DNA of 59,555 nt, counting the filler, from Catajapyx aquilonaris (taxonomy: Eukaryota): NCBI GenBank assembly GCA_000934665.2. It is 4 parts of 4 records of this genome, joined end to end, with 100 filler letters (N's around TTAATTAATTAA, not from the genome) between each part and the next. Parts side by side here need not be neighbours in the genome. Positions count along the whole stretch, not along the records: positions 1 to 14,632 come from JYFJ02007723.1; 3 more parts are not named here. One strand, 5' to 3'. The translations under genes and the position numbers were made by a program. Below the pieces are notes generated by a model. The model was given only the letters and a program-made list of their open reading frames with translations. It was not told the origin of the DNA and ran no database searches. Below, piece after piece: positions 1 to 12,635 of the stretch. Numbering within the stretch: position 1 is the first letter of the stretch; the number at the start of each line of letters is the position of its first letter.

Positions 1-1131
1 TCTGAACCCAGAACATAAATTTGAGTCAGCTTTTTCTCCCAAACCTTCCAGGAGCCTACGTAGGAGGCCAGGAAATGCATCCTTAGAAAGACTGGCATGG
101 CGAGGGTTGTGCAATTTGAAGTCTGATAGGATTCCTCTCCAAATTCTCTTCAGTGGAGCAAAAAAGGCCACATCCAGGGGTTGTGTGATGTGGGTGGAAT
201 TCTCAGGCAACATAGCAAATCTGACATCATTTTCTTGACAAATTCTAATAATATCCACATTAAAGTGAGATGATAGGTTGTCACCCAGGATTACCTTTGG
301 ACCCTGCAAATTCTTCACATATGGCAGAATGATTGTGTGAAACCAATCATGGAAGGTGACAGAATCAAACCAGCCAGATTTTGTTCTGTTATATCTTGCA
401 TTTGGTGGACCACCGTCACACCAGGAATTCCACATATGTTCGGCTTTATAAACAACATGCACAGGCAGGAGCTTACCAGCTGCTGTCCCGGCAAACATGA
501 TGGATATGGCACCCTTTGAGAAGTTGCGGATGAGTTCAGGATACTTGGTGCCCCGGCGGAAGATGACCCTCTTCTTGCCAGGGTCATCACTGAGATTCGT
601 TTCATCATAATTGATGATGTTTTCTGGCGGCACATCTTTCAAGGTCTCTGTCAATTCATCAAAATACAAGTTGATTCGCTCTGGAGTTACCTCTGCACGG
701 CACCGTTTTATGTTTGCAACAGACCCCGATTTCAGCTCATTTCTGTGGCGCTTCACAAATAGGCGTGACCATTCCACACCCGGAATGTTATTGGTGAACT
801 TTTCGACTTTTCGTCCCTGCCTATCCAAATGGCTCTTCGCAATCATCCTGATGTCCAGCAGGTCCAGCGGTTGGCCCCACTCGCCGCACACTTGTATTGC
901 AGCCACCAAAGCTCGCTCTTCTTCTTCACTGAAGACACATTGTCCACCATGCTGCTTTTTGTTCACTCCTCGATTCTTGTTTGACTATGTCTTCATTGGG
1001 ATCTTAAATTTTTTCTCTGCCGCACGCAATGTCATGCCCTTCTTCACAGACAGAAGTGCAAGTTTCAGGGTTTCAGGTGTGTAGTCAGCATATTTCCGAG
1101 CACCAAGTGCACGTTTATATGACCTCGGCAT
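1..1131 (-). pseudogene. pogo/Tigger-like DDE_1 transposase (HTH_psq + CENP-B HTH + DDE) interrupted by one in-frame TAG
   Basis: Manual translation from ATG 1131: MPRSYKRALGARKYADYTPETLKLALLSVKKGMTLRAAEKKFKIPMKT*SNKNRG...PGVEWSRLFVKRH...NIINYDETN...SGWFDSVTF...VILGDNLSSH...LPENSTHITQPLDVAFFAPLK. Only stop is at 985-987; frame open to window start. Confidence 0.9.
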
Positions 1132-1662
1132 GTCTGATGATATACCGGTACCCGGCCTGACGGTACGGTACGGTTGCAAAAGCCTAGAGAAAGTGGAAAA
1201 TACGGTACTGTGAGGTAGGTACCGGTAGGGTACCAATACGGTATGTGTAAATTCACCCCACGTGCACGACAACATTTGCCGTGCCATGAAACTTGTTCGA
1301 TTTAAGCTAACAGACAACTTTTCTGCGTGTATAACTTGTGTCCCGACCATGCCAGATATATTTCCGAGGTTGCAGGCCCAAACACATTCATGTCAGTAAT
1401 TTACACGGTACTCACCAGTTAGAAGTTTGCAACAGATCCCCAAGTAGGCTTTTTGTGGTCTAGTATTCACAGCCTCATCACTCCCATTGTTTTCCTCGCA
1501 TTGTACACCTCTTGCCGTACTGGACACCTGATGGAGCCATGATACGTTTACACTAATGTAGTGTGAGATGGTGTTCATCATTTGGCCAAGAGATGGCGAC
1601 CAAAGGTTTTCCCACTTTTGTGCAAAGTCACCCCCTGTGTGTAAAGCCACCCCGGTTGACGG
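1..1662 (-). mobile_element. pogo/Tigger-type (Tc1/mariner superfamily) DNA transposon, 5' part; runs off window start
   Basis: Minus-strand terminus CCGTCAACCGGGGTGGCTTTACACACAGGGGGTGACTTTGCACA begins at 1662 next to TA (1663-1664) and has an internally repeated GGGGTGRCTTTRCACA motif; a DDE transposase frame follows. Second TIR is outside the window. Confidence 0.85.
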
Positions 1663-2077
1663 TACCAGTGTAATGCAATGGTACTGCTAGGTTAGCAGTA
1701 ACTAGTAGTATGACGAAAATTCCACCCATTGTTTCAGAATGTTTAATAGACAAGTACCCAGCCCGCTTTCAGGCGGGAATAGACGGCGATACTTTTAAAT
1801 ACGTTTAAAAAATTTAGTGTAATAGAGCATGGTGTAATTTTATCACGCACATTTCTGGCTTGCCGTCGATACATTCGCGAAGTACAGTAATTCGGATGAG
1901 AAACGGCCGAGATAACTGAGGTGTGCAATTAACTTAATTATGATTACACAAATGGTGATTTCTAAGTTTCAAATATATCATTAGATACACAAAGATTTGC
2001 ACTATCCAGGGTTCACAGGGGGGATTTTTTGGCCTCTGAGAAGTGTCATAAAAAATTCATTTTGTGGCAACTAGTCA

Positions 2078-2079
<2 letters not shown>

Positions 2080-2149
<70 letters not shown>

Positions 2150-2483
2150 CCTGGTAGTGCTTGACCTCATCTGAGGTATATAGCACGGACCTTTATTTTA
2201 TACTCATACGTACATTGGAACCTTTATACGTAACGCCCGGGCCCACGGGCAGGATGACAGGAGGGGATGTGCTAGGTGCAGTGCAATGTCTTTATGTGGC
2301 CATTTTTAGTGAACTCCCCCGGGTGGTTTAGTCTGTAGGAAATACCACCCGAGACGAAGCCAGAGGTGACCCAATGAACTCTGCACGAGATGAAGGGGGT
2401 GTCCCCGGGCTGGGATCGAACCCGGGACCTTAACATCCGTGGGCGCATACGTTACCGCAGCACCACTCCGTCTCCCCTGCGGA
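2080..2483 (-). mobile_element. tRNA-derived SINE with (ATT)n tail
   Basis: Minus-strand head with A box (TGGTGCTGCGG) and B box (GGTTCGATCCC); (AAT)n tract at ~2078-2149 is the tail; 11-bp TSD AACTAGTCAAA at 2069-2079 and 2484-2494. Confidence 0.85.
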
Positions 2484-5400
2484 AACTAGTCAAAAAATGA
2501 CACCTTTCCGCCATCTTTTTGCGATAAAAAATACACAATGAAGATAGGTAAACAACTCGCATATTTGTTACGTAGATTTCCTAACGATGTATAACGTTAT
2601 TGTTTGGACCATTTTCCTGGGAGTTATTTAGAGTCAAACACAGGAGCCAATATTTAAAAATTGGATAGTAGGTAGCACAACGAATTATCTAGGCAGCATT
2701 AGTTCTCATCAGTCCATGTGTTTTGTAGTATGTTGAATGTAGCTAGAGCCACAGCATCCCATATGCAGGGCATCAACTGCTGAAGGTCATTTTCTGGTCA
2801 TTTTTGACCTTGCCTTGGTGTTTTTCATATGCCTCCACAATGTCAAGAAACAATTTCATTGGGGTTAGGCCTACACCTGGCAAACAAGGAGGCCATGCAA
2901 TATTAGATGGATGGAAATTCAACTTGGCGTCACTGCCTGTATTGAGCAGCTACATCTGGGATCACTATGCAAGCAGGACCTCCAACCCCCCTAATATAAA
3001 GACATATTCATCACCTAAAGCCATTATTAAGAGGCATGAGCCAGAGACAAGTATCTGACAACTTAACAGAGGAAAAGCCAAAGTGAAGCAACTGATATTT
3101 GAAGGCATGCCATGATCAACCTTTGCTGCCCATCCTGCCACAGGTCAAATGCCTCTCTTGTTGTCAGATTAACCCTCCAACCAAAAACCATAGTAGTAGA
3201 GCAACCAGACAAATCGTGGGCATGCAAGAGAAATTCACTAAGTAAAAAAATAAAAAAATATAAAAAACTGTTTTGAGCTAATCCAGTGTAAAGATGTGAC
3301 CTTGCACTTGTTTACATGCCTGTGAAGACAGGTGTAATCCTGACCTGCTGGCTCATTATGAATCGTTAGAACTACATAGACTCCACCAGGTGATAGAGCC
3401 GAAAAAGGTAACTGTAAATAACTCAAAACTTCCAAAATTGAACTTAGTGGATTTCTCCTGTATGATGACAAAAGAATTAGGTAGGAAGGTGTATGCTAAT
3501 TAATGTTTAATTCATTCTGCTAGACTTGATTATAATTACTGTATATACAATGTTCCAAGTGAATAATTGTCTGTAGTCGTTAGCAATATTTTGAAGCAGT
3601 TATTTGGGAATGGACACTTCTCAAGGTTATCATAAAAGTAGCTGCTAATATTGGTGAAACCAGTGCATCCCTTAAAATTAATGAAGGGAGGCCTCATGGT
3701 TCCTACTTATACTATTGATGTCAGGTGCCAGTGAGTCTAAATGAGTCACTGGCAATGTTGTAAGCATGGAAATTCATCACAATTTAGGGACTGAATTATG
3801 TTGTTCCCAATGATTTAAAAAAAAAATTGACTCTTCTTTTAGTTTCCTCCACTTTGAGTTGTGAGCTAGTAAGCTGTTATTTTGCATTTTTTTTTCTCTC
3901 CTTTAAAATGGTCCTAGGGTGTTGCTAGGAATCTTCTGGAATCATTGTTTTAATTTTTGAGGCAATTCTAGATGGCGCCCAATTTTTGTAGCCACATTTT
4001 TAAAACTAAATCTCAACTTCAATTAAATTTTCATGTGCATCCTTTTTCTCCGATTGTACCTCATTTTATGTTGCCCATTGCGCAACCCACATTTATTGTA
4101 TTAAATATCAGTTTCACTGGACTATAGGCGACTCACACACAAAATATTGAACATTGTTTATCACTGCCCTAGAAATTAAAATGAACATTCCAGATCCAGA
4201 TGGTACCTAGCACTTTCTGTGGCCATGTATAAAGTTAAATAAGTGCAAATTTCAGACTCTTAACACAGATTTTTCATAACTCAGAGAACAGACATTATGC
4301 AACTGATTTTCACTTTTTCATATAAGTTTTTACGAACAAGTGACACTAAAAACTATCATCGTACAAGCACAAATGGAATGCATCTTTTGCTGTGGGGCCC
4401 CTCAGATGTCATCAACAAATTATGCAAAACAGGAGCTTGGGGAAAGGGAGGGAGGCGTCCATGGTACTGTACATGGCAATGAATTTTATACATATGTCCA
4501 CCACGGAGTATATGAAAAAGGTGTCTGTTATTTTTGGACAACCCCTTACCAGGTCACTGTTACATAGTCTTCTGCCTAGTAAGACACGTTGGTTTTGTTA
4601 CATAAACTTACACAGATTTACGTAATACGATCCTCGCTCCCGCCAACAGGCCGGAGACCACACGAAACGCCTACAATGTAGCCTACAAACTGTCTTTTAC
4701 TTGCAACAGAAAGATGAGGCGCGAATCCGACAGGAGGCAGCCATATTGGACAGGGTAACCAAATTCTAAGACGTATTCTGCAACTTCATTCCGTTATTTC
4801 ACGTTTTGAATTAACTATAATGAATTTCAATATTTTTGTAATTTAAATTAAGTACTATTAGTTTAAATTATAAATTCATTCCTGATGCAGTAATGTGAAG
4901 CTACGAGCATGTTATGCACTGACGATGCTGAGTAGCACCTGGTCCTTCGATAGTGTCGTGTATTTTTTGTTCTTTTTTTTTTGTACATAGTCGCCCCGTT
5001 TACAAATGCTCTTTACAGCATGGGCTTTTTTACATGTTTTTAATGCAATTAGTGATACAAGTGATGCAATGGTTTATCTCCTATGGATTGTGTTCTACCC
5101 CCTAAAGCGCCAAGATCCCTTTGACGACGGATGATGGTGAGTATCGCCATTATTGTCGCTCTTTGCACCTGAAATCGCACCATATATCAATAAAAATGTG
5201 TATACTTGTCAACAACGCGTATTGCATGTGATGCTGCGCAATGACGTTTGTATATCTTGCGCGGTTTACATGTGGAAAATCACGTGGCAATGGCAAGTTA
5301 CGAGTACTCTGGTGCCAAAGGGCCCGTCATTGACAACGCCAGTCGTACTCTAGGTCGCTGTGTGGTGCATACATTATCTGGTGACCATCGTGTTCAATGT

Positions 5401-8400
5401 CGCACGTTTTCTAGCTGATGTCAGAGCGTGCCAAACCGGCAATAGTAAAGGTCTTCGTAACTTACGAAGAATGTTACGAAGGGTTTTTCCAACTTACGAA
5501 GGATTTTGCGGGCAGTCGATGACCCGCCATCTAATGTGGGGAAATCAAATTAACTTGATAAACACAACTTCGGATTCACGAGACTGCATGACGCCGCCGA
5601 AGTCAATACCCTTTAACCGTGCTGTATCCAAATGCGCATGCCCGTATACGGAGGTATGGCGGGACCAGTCTTTCGAATCTGCTATAAACGAGGGTTGCTT
5701 ATAGCCCAATATCCATAATCGACTGAGTAACGTACAAAAGCCAGTACATACCTGCTCGTGACCTATCTTTCCGTCTATTGAGTGACTTATTCAAAACTCC
5801 CGCTCAGATACGAACCATGCAAGCAAAGTTACGCGGTTTTTGATAAGTTCGTGGAACATTCTTCTTCTCTGACATTCCATGCCTAATTAATGCATAACTG
5901 CTTCCCATATGTCATTCCACATCCAACCTGACCATTTCATGTGGAGTTAACATCCCTGTTTCTAAGGGCATCTGAAGAATGGGGCAGGGGGGTAAGGAAG
6001 CAGGTTCCATCTCTCCACTGGGTTCTCGCGTTTCTTATTTTGCTCTGGAGGAGTAGAGGAACAGGGAGAAAAAATATATCGGCGGGGGCGTTTCGAGAGA
6101 GAAGAAAAAAACAACAACAAATGGCGCTGTGTATAAATACACTAGTCAAGGATTGGGACCCTGGAGGATGCTGCTGCAAAGGGGAATAGTCGGTTTTAAA
6201 AGAGTCAACCAGGCGACAGATTGAGGTTGATTGAATATTACCAGAGGGCTTTGTTGCTCTATCAGCGAATGAGGGTGTAATGTCCGAAGATGTGCAGTGT
6301 TGAGGACCTCACTTGCTCAAGGTCGTCAAGTGACAAATAGTCTTAAAAACTAAAAATATGAGTGGTATATTGCTTTAATATATGTTGCTTTTATTGATTT
6401 AAAACGAAAAAAAAAAATAGTTGTGTATAGGTATAAGGACAATAATTGAGGTATCCCGCGCCTGCAAAGTAACTGCTGCGCTGGTCGATTCTTGTTTGGA
6501 AGATAATTATTCTATAGGGTATATACGTACCATATATGTAGTTAATCATTCGGACTAAATGTACGTTTAAGTTGCGTTCTTCCGTCATCTTCGGTCGAGC
6601 ATTAAAATATTACTTTATGTTGAACTTCAGTGATGCCTACACCTTGTACCCTGTATTTTAAACCCAATTTTTCTCCATCTGAAAAACAACAACCATAACT
6701 AAACATTCACAACCAGTGCTTGTTTATATCTAGAAAATTATGGAAACAAACTTTTTTTAAAAATTCGTGTCACTATTTTACAAAATGAAGCATGCAGGGC
6801 TAGTATACCATAATTGTCCGACTCATCCAGCCCATTTGCAAGGCTCTTGATGAATAAATGTCAGCAGTAGAAGAGTTTGCTATTATACTTTTGTGTGTCA
6901 AGTGGTGTGTGTGTATGTGTGTGTAGCAAGAAAAGACTATGGCTGTTGTGAAAAAAAGGGATGAGGGGAGTGGCATCTGAGGTTGGCTGTGCTAAATCTG
7001 GAACTTTTCCGTGTGGTTTTGGCTCTTAGGTAGGAGGCTTCAGAGGGCATAACACAGCCTGGGAACTCGCACGTACCCACCTACATTACCATCTAAAGTG
7101 ACCTGTGCATTGACTATGTGTGTTCCCATCACCTGAGAGTAGTGTCCATGATTAAGTGTGATTCTTGTAAGTGGCAAGGTGGCTTACAGTTCTGTGTGGA
7201 CGTGATTTTTTTGCTTCTTTCTCAACCCTAAGACGTGGGTTATTGTCCTCTTTGGGTGTCAGAAATGACTCAAGTGGACAGCAGGCAACGCTTGATTGGT
7301 CCCTAAGAGGATGACTTTCACAGGGGTTGGACACCCCTCGAGTTGAGATATTGATGGAGACTTGAGATTGGTGATATAGCGATGAGATGCAGTGAGATGT
7401 ATTTTCGGTGGAGCTGGAAATGCAGCAGGATAGGATAAAACTGATTCATTGGGTAAGTTGAGCCAGCCTTTTTTTTTTTAATGGGCGGCAGTGATTTGTT
7501 TGGGCAACTGGGTTGGAGTGGTTGCGAACAGGATTTTGGAATAAGGGAAATGTAGGGAAAATTTAATAATTGTACTTTCGCTCAAATATTTATTTCTATA
7601 GTCAGTTATTTTGCCACAATTTTTTTGTTTACAAATCCAACCTTTGTTACTGTAATATTGTAAAATTCTTACAATTACAACAAGTTGTGTCATTTGGACC
7701 TTTAAAAAAATTCGAATCTAGGTAGGATCACCGACAAAACCACATGCTGATTTCATACATTTTCAGTTCCGGTTTGATGGAGAGGATGTGAGGCACCTTA
7801 CATTCAAAAGCTTTCCAATACGAAATTTTATGATCCGGATGTGAATGTACTAAATAATCCGAATAATTATTCGGAACCGTCGCAAAATGTAGGACCTGGC
7901 GAATTCTCGAATCCCTTTATGGATTTCTCATTTTTTAAATCGTAAATAAAACATAGAATAATTGATTTTAGAAGGCGGCGGCACGTATAATACGTAACCA
8001 ATGACACTGTGCCATTTTATAAGGATGTAAAAAGGCGACATTCGTCACATAATTTCCCAGTACGTGCAGTGAACCAGTACTAAAAGTGTATTTTAGACAG
8101 GGAAACATCTGGGAAGCAGTCATGTTGATGAAATATTTATCCAGAGTTTATTTTGGTGGTAGTCGATTTGAAACGCCTTCACTAGCAGAGAAGCATAAAA
8201 AGTTTGACGCCAACCAGCTCGAAAAATATCATGCGCCGTTTGCTGAACAAATTACCAAAAAAGTTTCGGCATATGCTGTTCAAGTTTTTAGCCATAATTT
8301 TAGTGTGACACATGCACGTATTATAGGGGGGAAATAATATGCTGTATATTATGTCCACGCTCCAATAAGAAGGTTTACTTCCGGAGGCTAAAAACCAGTT

Positions 8401-10299
8401 CGTATATAGTATACCAAGATGATATCCAACCAGGTTTGAATTATGCTGAATTACTTTAGCATAATTTGATATGCCTGGACATGGACCATAAAGTTTAGAT
8501 TGCTTCGGTACAAACGGGAATATGATTGCGTTATCTGAAAACTGTATCGAAAATGCTTAGAGACGGTAGCATACAACACCATCAGGTGCTGACCTCTGAC
8601 AAAACGAATTTCAACTTCACTTCCGGGCGTAATCAAATGATGCGCAAAGTGAGGGAAATTCAATCCTGATTGCGTTACTCTATGACAGACGTATCAAAAG
8701 TGTTCTGTAGTTATACAGTACGTAAAAAATGTTAGATTGATATGAAAAGTGTGACATTTCAATGATCTGAATTATTGTACTGTATTAGTGCTTTGGTTTT
8801 CTTTTTTTAGTGGAAAAGCCGTTCACGTCGTTAAGTTTGACATTGTAGAAGGGACTTACCCTGAAACAAGTTTGTGAGGTTTTAGCGTGAGAAAAACGAG
8901 GATGGTTGATGGGCCCATGCCAGGAGACCAAGTGGAGGTGAAATACCCTTAAGAGAGGGGTGGAAGGGGATGCGAAGAAGTTTTATTTGCGGAACACCAT
9001 CTTCCCCGATAGGGGTTAAAGATGAACCCAGAGGCGAAAATGGAGGAAGTAAATCTTTGCCCTCCTGACTTACCGCCCAGGTTCGGGACATTTGTCACAA
9101 GATGGAGTTTGTTTTCTTCACTAATAGACTTTCGAGTCTGACAAAGAATTTCTCCTTCCCCATGATACTTCTTGCGTTTCGTACAAGGTGTTCGGAAAGC
9201 AACAAAACAGCATGAGAAGACTGCATTGCACATATTCAGTCAGTTTCAATCCGTCAAATTCCAGCATGTTATATGGACATACTACTGAATCATTTTTTTT
9301 CTCTCCGTTTTTTCGAAATGTGGCTCCAAATTTTATTCCAGTAAATCTAGTCGGTATTCAGCTGTAGACAAAATTGCTATGCATTGCCAGTATGTAGACC
9401 TATTAGTAAAGGAATAGTTTCTCACGGTAGTCCTACCACTACCCGCACAATAAATTGTTTACTCGAACTGATTACAATCGAAATCCCCAGACTAGCCAAG
9501 AAGATGACCTCCACCTTGAGCGCTTGAGGTGCAAAGACCTAATGAGAATATGATAAAAATAGATTATTTTTTTGTGAACGTTTGGGGGCTGGAACTTTCT
9601 TCATTGAGAGGCGTCCCTGGCCTCTAGAATCCTCGGTCGGTTGAATCAGTAAAAAAAACAGCGTCGACGGCGTCCCTCATTCCGACGCCGCCACCACAAG
9701 AATGTATAAATATAGAATCCGGCCCAAAAAAATGAACTCATGAACTGGCAGGGTGACAAAGAGGGCGCTTCAGGCCGAATAGAAATACTAGGAAGAGGCA
9801 GAGATGTGATATAGGACTAATTGCACTGTTCGAATCTATCCCTTCTATCCAAGCAGGGTGGGTGGCATACCCGTCAGGATGATGGAATTCAGGCTACGAT
9901 CCTTCAGACTTATATCGATAGGAAGCTAATTCATGATTAATGTTGAAAGATCCAGCGCATACAGAATTCTGCAATTTGCATGCATTAATTATAAGCTCAT
10001 TTGGATGAATATAATAGTGAATCCGGTTTTAGCAATTGGCATGTCGCTTAAATATTGCGGTGTCATGCAAGCGTGCGGAGTTTATCGATATCATGGTCAT
10101 TACATTATGTAGACATACACACTATTTATAGGTGTATCAGTTTGGCTCCTTATAATTAGTGTACGGATGAAATAAAAACTGTGTGAAAATGATGTTTAAA
10201 AATATATGTCAATACTTGTTACAGCACAAGTTACAGACTTGTACAACATTTTATTAAGCAATTTCGTCTTGAGATGAATGAAGTTGAAGCAAAGGTCAA

Positions 10300-10650
10300 C
10301 AGCCTTTAACACTCCTACTTGTTGACTTGTCGACCAGCGAAATCTTTTTATGTGCGTGTGCGTGTAGCAACCCTAGATATGAGGGAGGTTGGGTATATAT
10401 CCTACAGCCAGAGGTCTGCACGCGCTGGCACACTTCTTTACCCCTCGACCTCCTGCAAAGGAAGAATTGCCCCGGATAATGACCTCCACCAGATGTGTAC
10501 GGTATGATGCTGGACGCGAGCCTCCAAGACACTCTTCACCTATCCATGATCATATATGTGTGGAAAAAACCAAGCTGCGTGTCAACACAACTGACAGTGG
10601 TGGTGCAGCTGTCACACTTGTGTCCAGGCTTCTGCCCTACTGTACCCCCC
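10300..10650 (+). pseudogene. possible highly decayed piggyBac-like transposase C-terminus
   Basis: Fragments in different frames (LVDLST, VRYDAG, HLCPGF) recall the piggyBac C-terminal motifs and Cys-rich tail; several frameshifts are needed to join them. Confidence 0.25.
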
Positions 10651-11856
10651 TTGAGAGCTTTTTTTTTTGTCTTTGTTTGGTGGGTGTGGTTATGGGTGTG
10701 TTTGAAACAAATTTTTTTTGTTTTTAAAGGGAGTGTGACACGAGTCGGTCTGGTGTTGTTTTGATGCTTAGTTATGCATATATTTTTTAGCATTTTGTTT
10801 TTGTCAACAGATGGTTTGTCAAAATAAGGGGTTATTCGGCACGCTAAAATGTCAGGGCATATAGGGAATTTAGTGGGCCGAAAATATGCTGCAGATTAGC
10901 ACGAACTTGGTTATTCATAGAATAATATTGCAACATAGTTTTCGTACAAAAAAAAGCAACACGGTGCGAGATAATTTATCTCTCCAAATCTCTTTTCCAT
11001 TTGGACCAAGATTTTGATTCTTGCTGTGCTTTCGAGAGTGGAAAAAAAACATCGCTCAGTCAGGTTGCAGCATTTCATTACTGTTTGTGCAACAGTAAAT
11101 TTAGTATTTTACGACTATTTTATGATGGTGGCTTTTCTCTGAAACGTCTCTCAGAAATTACTGGCGCTCCAAAGGAAAACCATGCAAATGTCTGAGACCA
11201 TTCGAGATGATGGAAGATCACTTTGGCTTTCCTTTCCCACCCTCCCCTTCTCCCCCACTTGGGAACGTATCCAGATGTCACATTTACAAATTCGGTTCGT
11301 CGGAGTAAAAGATCAAACAGTAGATTAGGGAAAGAGCGGAAGAAAAGTTTTCTTCGTTTGTACTTGTCCCCCGAAACGTCTTTGAAGAGCTTAGAACCTA
11401 AGCCGGAACTCTTTTTTTTTTCTCTCTCTCTCTCTCTCTAGTCTCTCCTACTCTTCCTTCCCAGCCCAACGATAGTCTCTCTTTTGGCCAAATGGCTCGA
11501 CTGAGTCAGGGATTATTATAACAGACAAATGTTGTTGCGAATTTTTTTAAAGGGCGGAACTTGTGCCGCCAGGTGTAGTTGAACTTTGCCAGACGCATGC
11601 TTGTTAGTTAGTCATAGTGACATCAGTGAGGTAGTTTCGGTGCTGACCAAACTCATGTCAAGTTAGATGCAAGTGCTGGCAAATTCTAGGAATGCATAGA
11701 ATAATGAGTGGCTAATTCGAGAAGCGCAGGGCACAACATGTGAAGTGCAGTAGTAAATGAGTACAGTAAGTGCAAAAATGTTGGTCTAGGGGGAATTTTA
11801 CATAATGAGTCCTCTCTTCACCAGGAAGGAATTGGAAAGCGAAATGCACTCATATA

Positions 11857-12405
11857 CAGGGTGATTCAACTTTATCGCATCAACAGTTATTGGAAAAATC
11901 GCGTAAGCTGCTACTTTTTAAGCAGCTACTTGCTAAGAGTAACTTTCTCGAGTATTTGGAGTAGCACCTGCTGATATTAGGTCCAATGCTCATGTACCAA
12001 TTAATGAGAGGGGGAAAGGGTCACCCGTGGGAAACAGGTCGTCTGCCGGGTTGTGACTGGCCAAATGGGTCAATCGCGAGGTGTCGGATGCGAACTGTTG
12101 CGACCCTGAAATGGAAAGGTGTTATCATCTCTTTTATTTCCTCATCTCCAAACTGATTCAAAAGGGCCCATTTTGGTGTTCGCTGGAGGGATTCATATGA
12201 GGTCACTAGCTGCCAATCAGAGGGCTAATCCGTCGAACCGGACAGACCCGGTTGTGTCAATAAATAGGTCATTAATTGGTACATGGGCGTTGGACCTAAT
12301 ATCAGCAGGTGCTATTCCAGATACTCGAGAAAGTAGAAGCTTAAAAAGTAGCAGCTTACGAGATTTTTCCAATAACTGTTGGGACGATAAAGTTGGATCA
12401 CCATG
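11857..12405. mobile_element. Tc1/mariner-type MITE with ~140-150-bp TIRs
   Basis: TA|CAGGGTGATTCAACTTTATCG...CGATAAAGTTGGATCACCATG|TA; arms ~11857-12007 and ~12269-12405 are near-perfect inverted copies. Confidence 0.85.
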
Positions 12406-12419
12406 TATATATATATATG

Positions 12420-12635
12420 CAGGGTGTTTCAACTTTTTTGTCCGAACAGTTATCGGAAATATTGCACTAAGCTGCTACTTTGTAAGCAGTGTATGCCACT
12501 TCAACCTACGATTCGCAGGGAATATCCAGTTCCTCATACCTTCGACAAACCGGTTGCAAGTCACTGCTTACAAAGTAGCAGCTTATAGTGCAATATTTCC
12601 GATCACTGTTCGGACAAAAAAGTTGAAACACACTG
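12420..12635. mobile_element. Tc1/mariner-type MITE with ~70-bp TIRs, related to the adjacent MITE
   Basis: CAGGGTGTTTCAACTTTTTTGTCCGAACAG...CTGTTCGGACAAAAAAGTTGAAACACACTG|TA; shares TAAGCTGCTACTTT with the 11857 element; separated from it by (TA)n. Confidence 0.85.

Noticed and set aside
7095..7260. possible PHD-finger remnant (C-x4-C...MIKCDSC)
   Set aside because: Needs frameshifts and lacks the His/Cys completion; too weak to call.
8880..9240. possible Penelope/retroelement fragment (LRIPFHPSLKGI)
   Set aside because: Single short motif with stops nearby; no RT or GIY-YIG signature seen.
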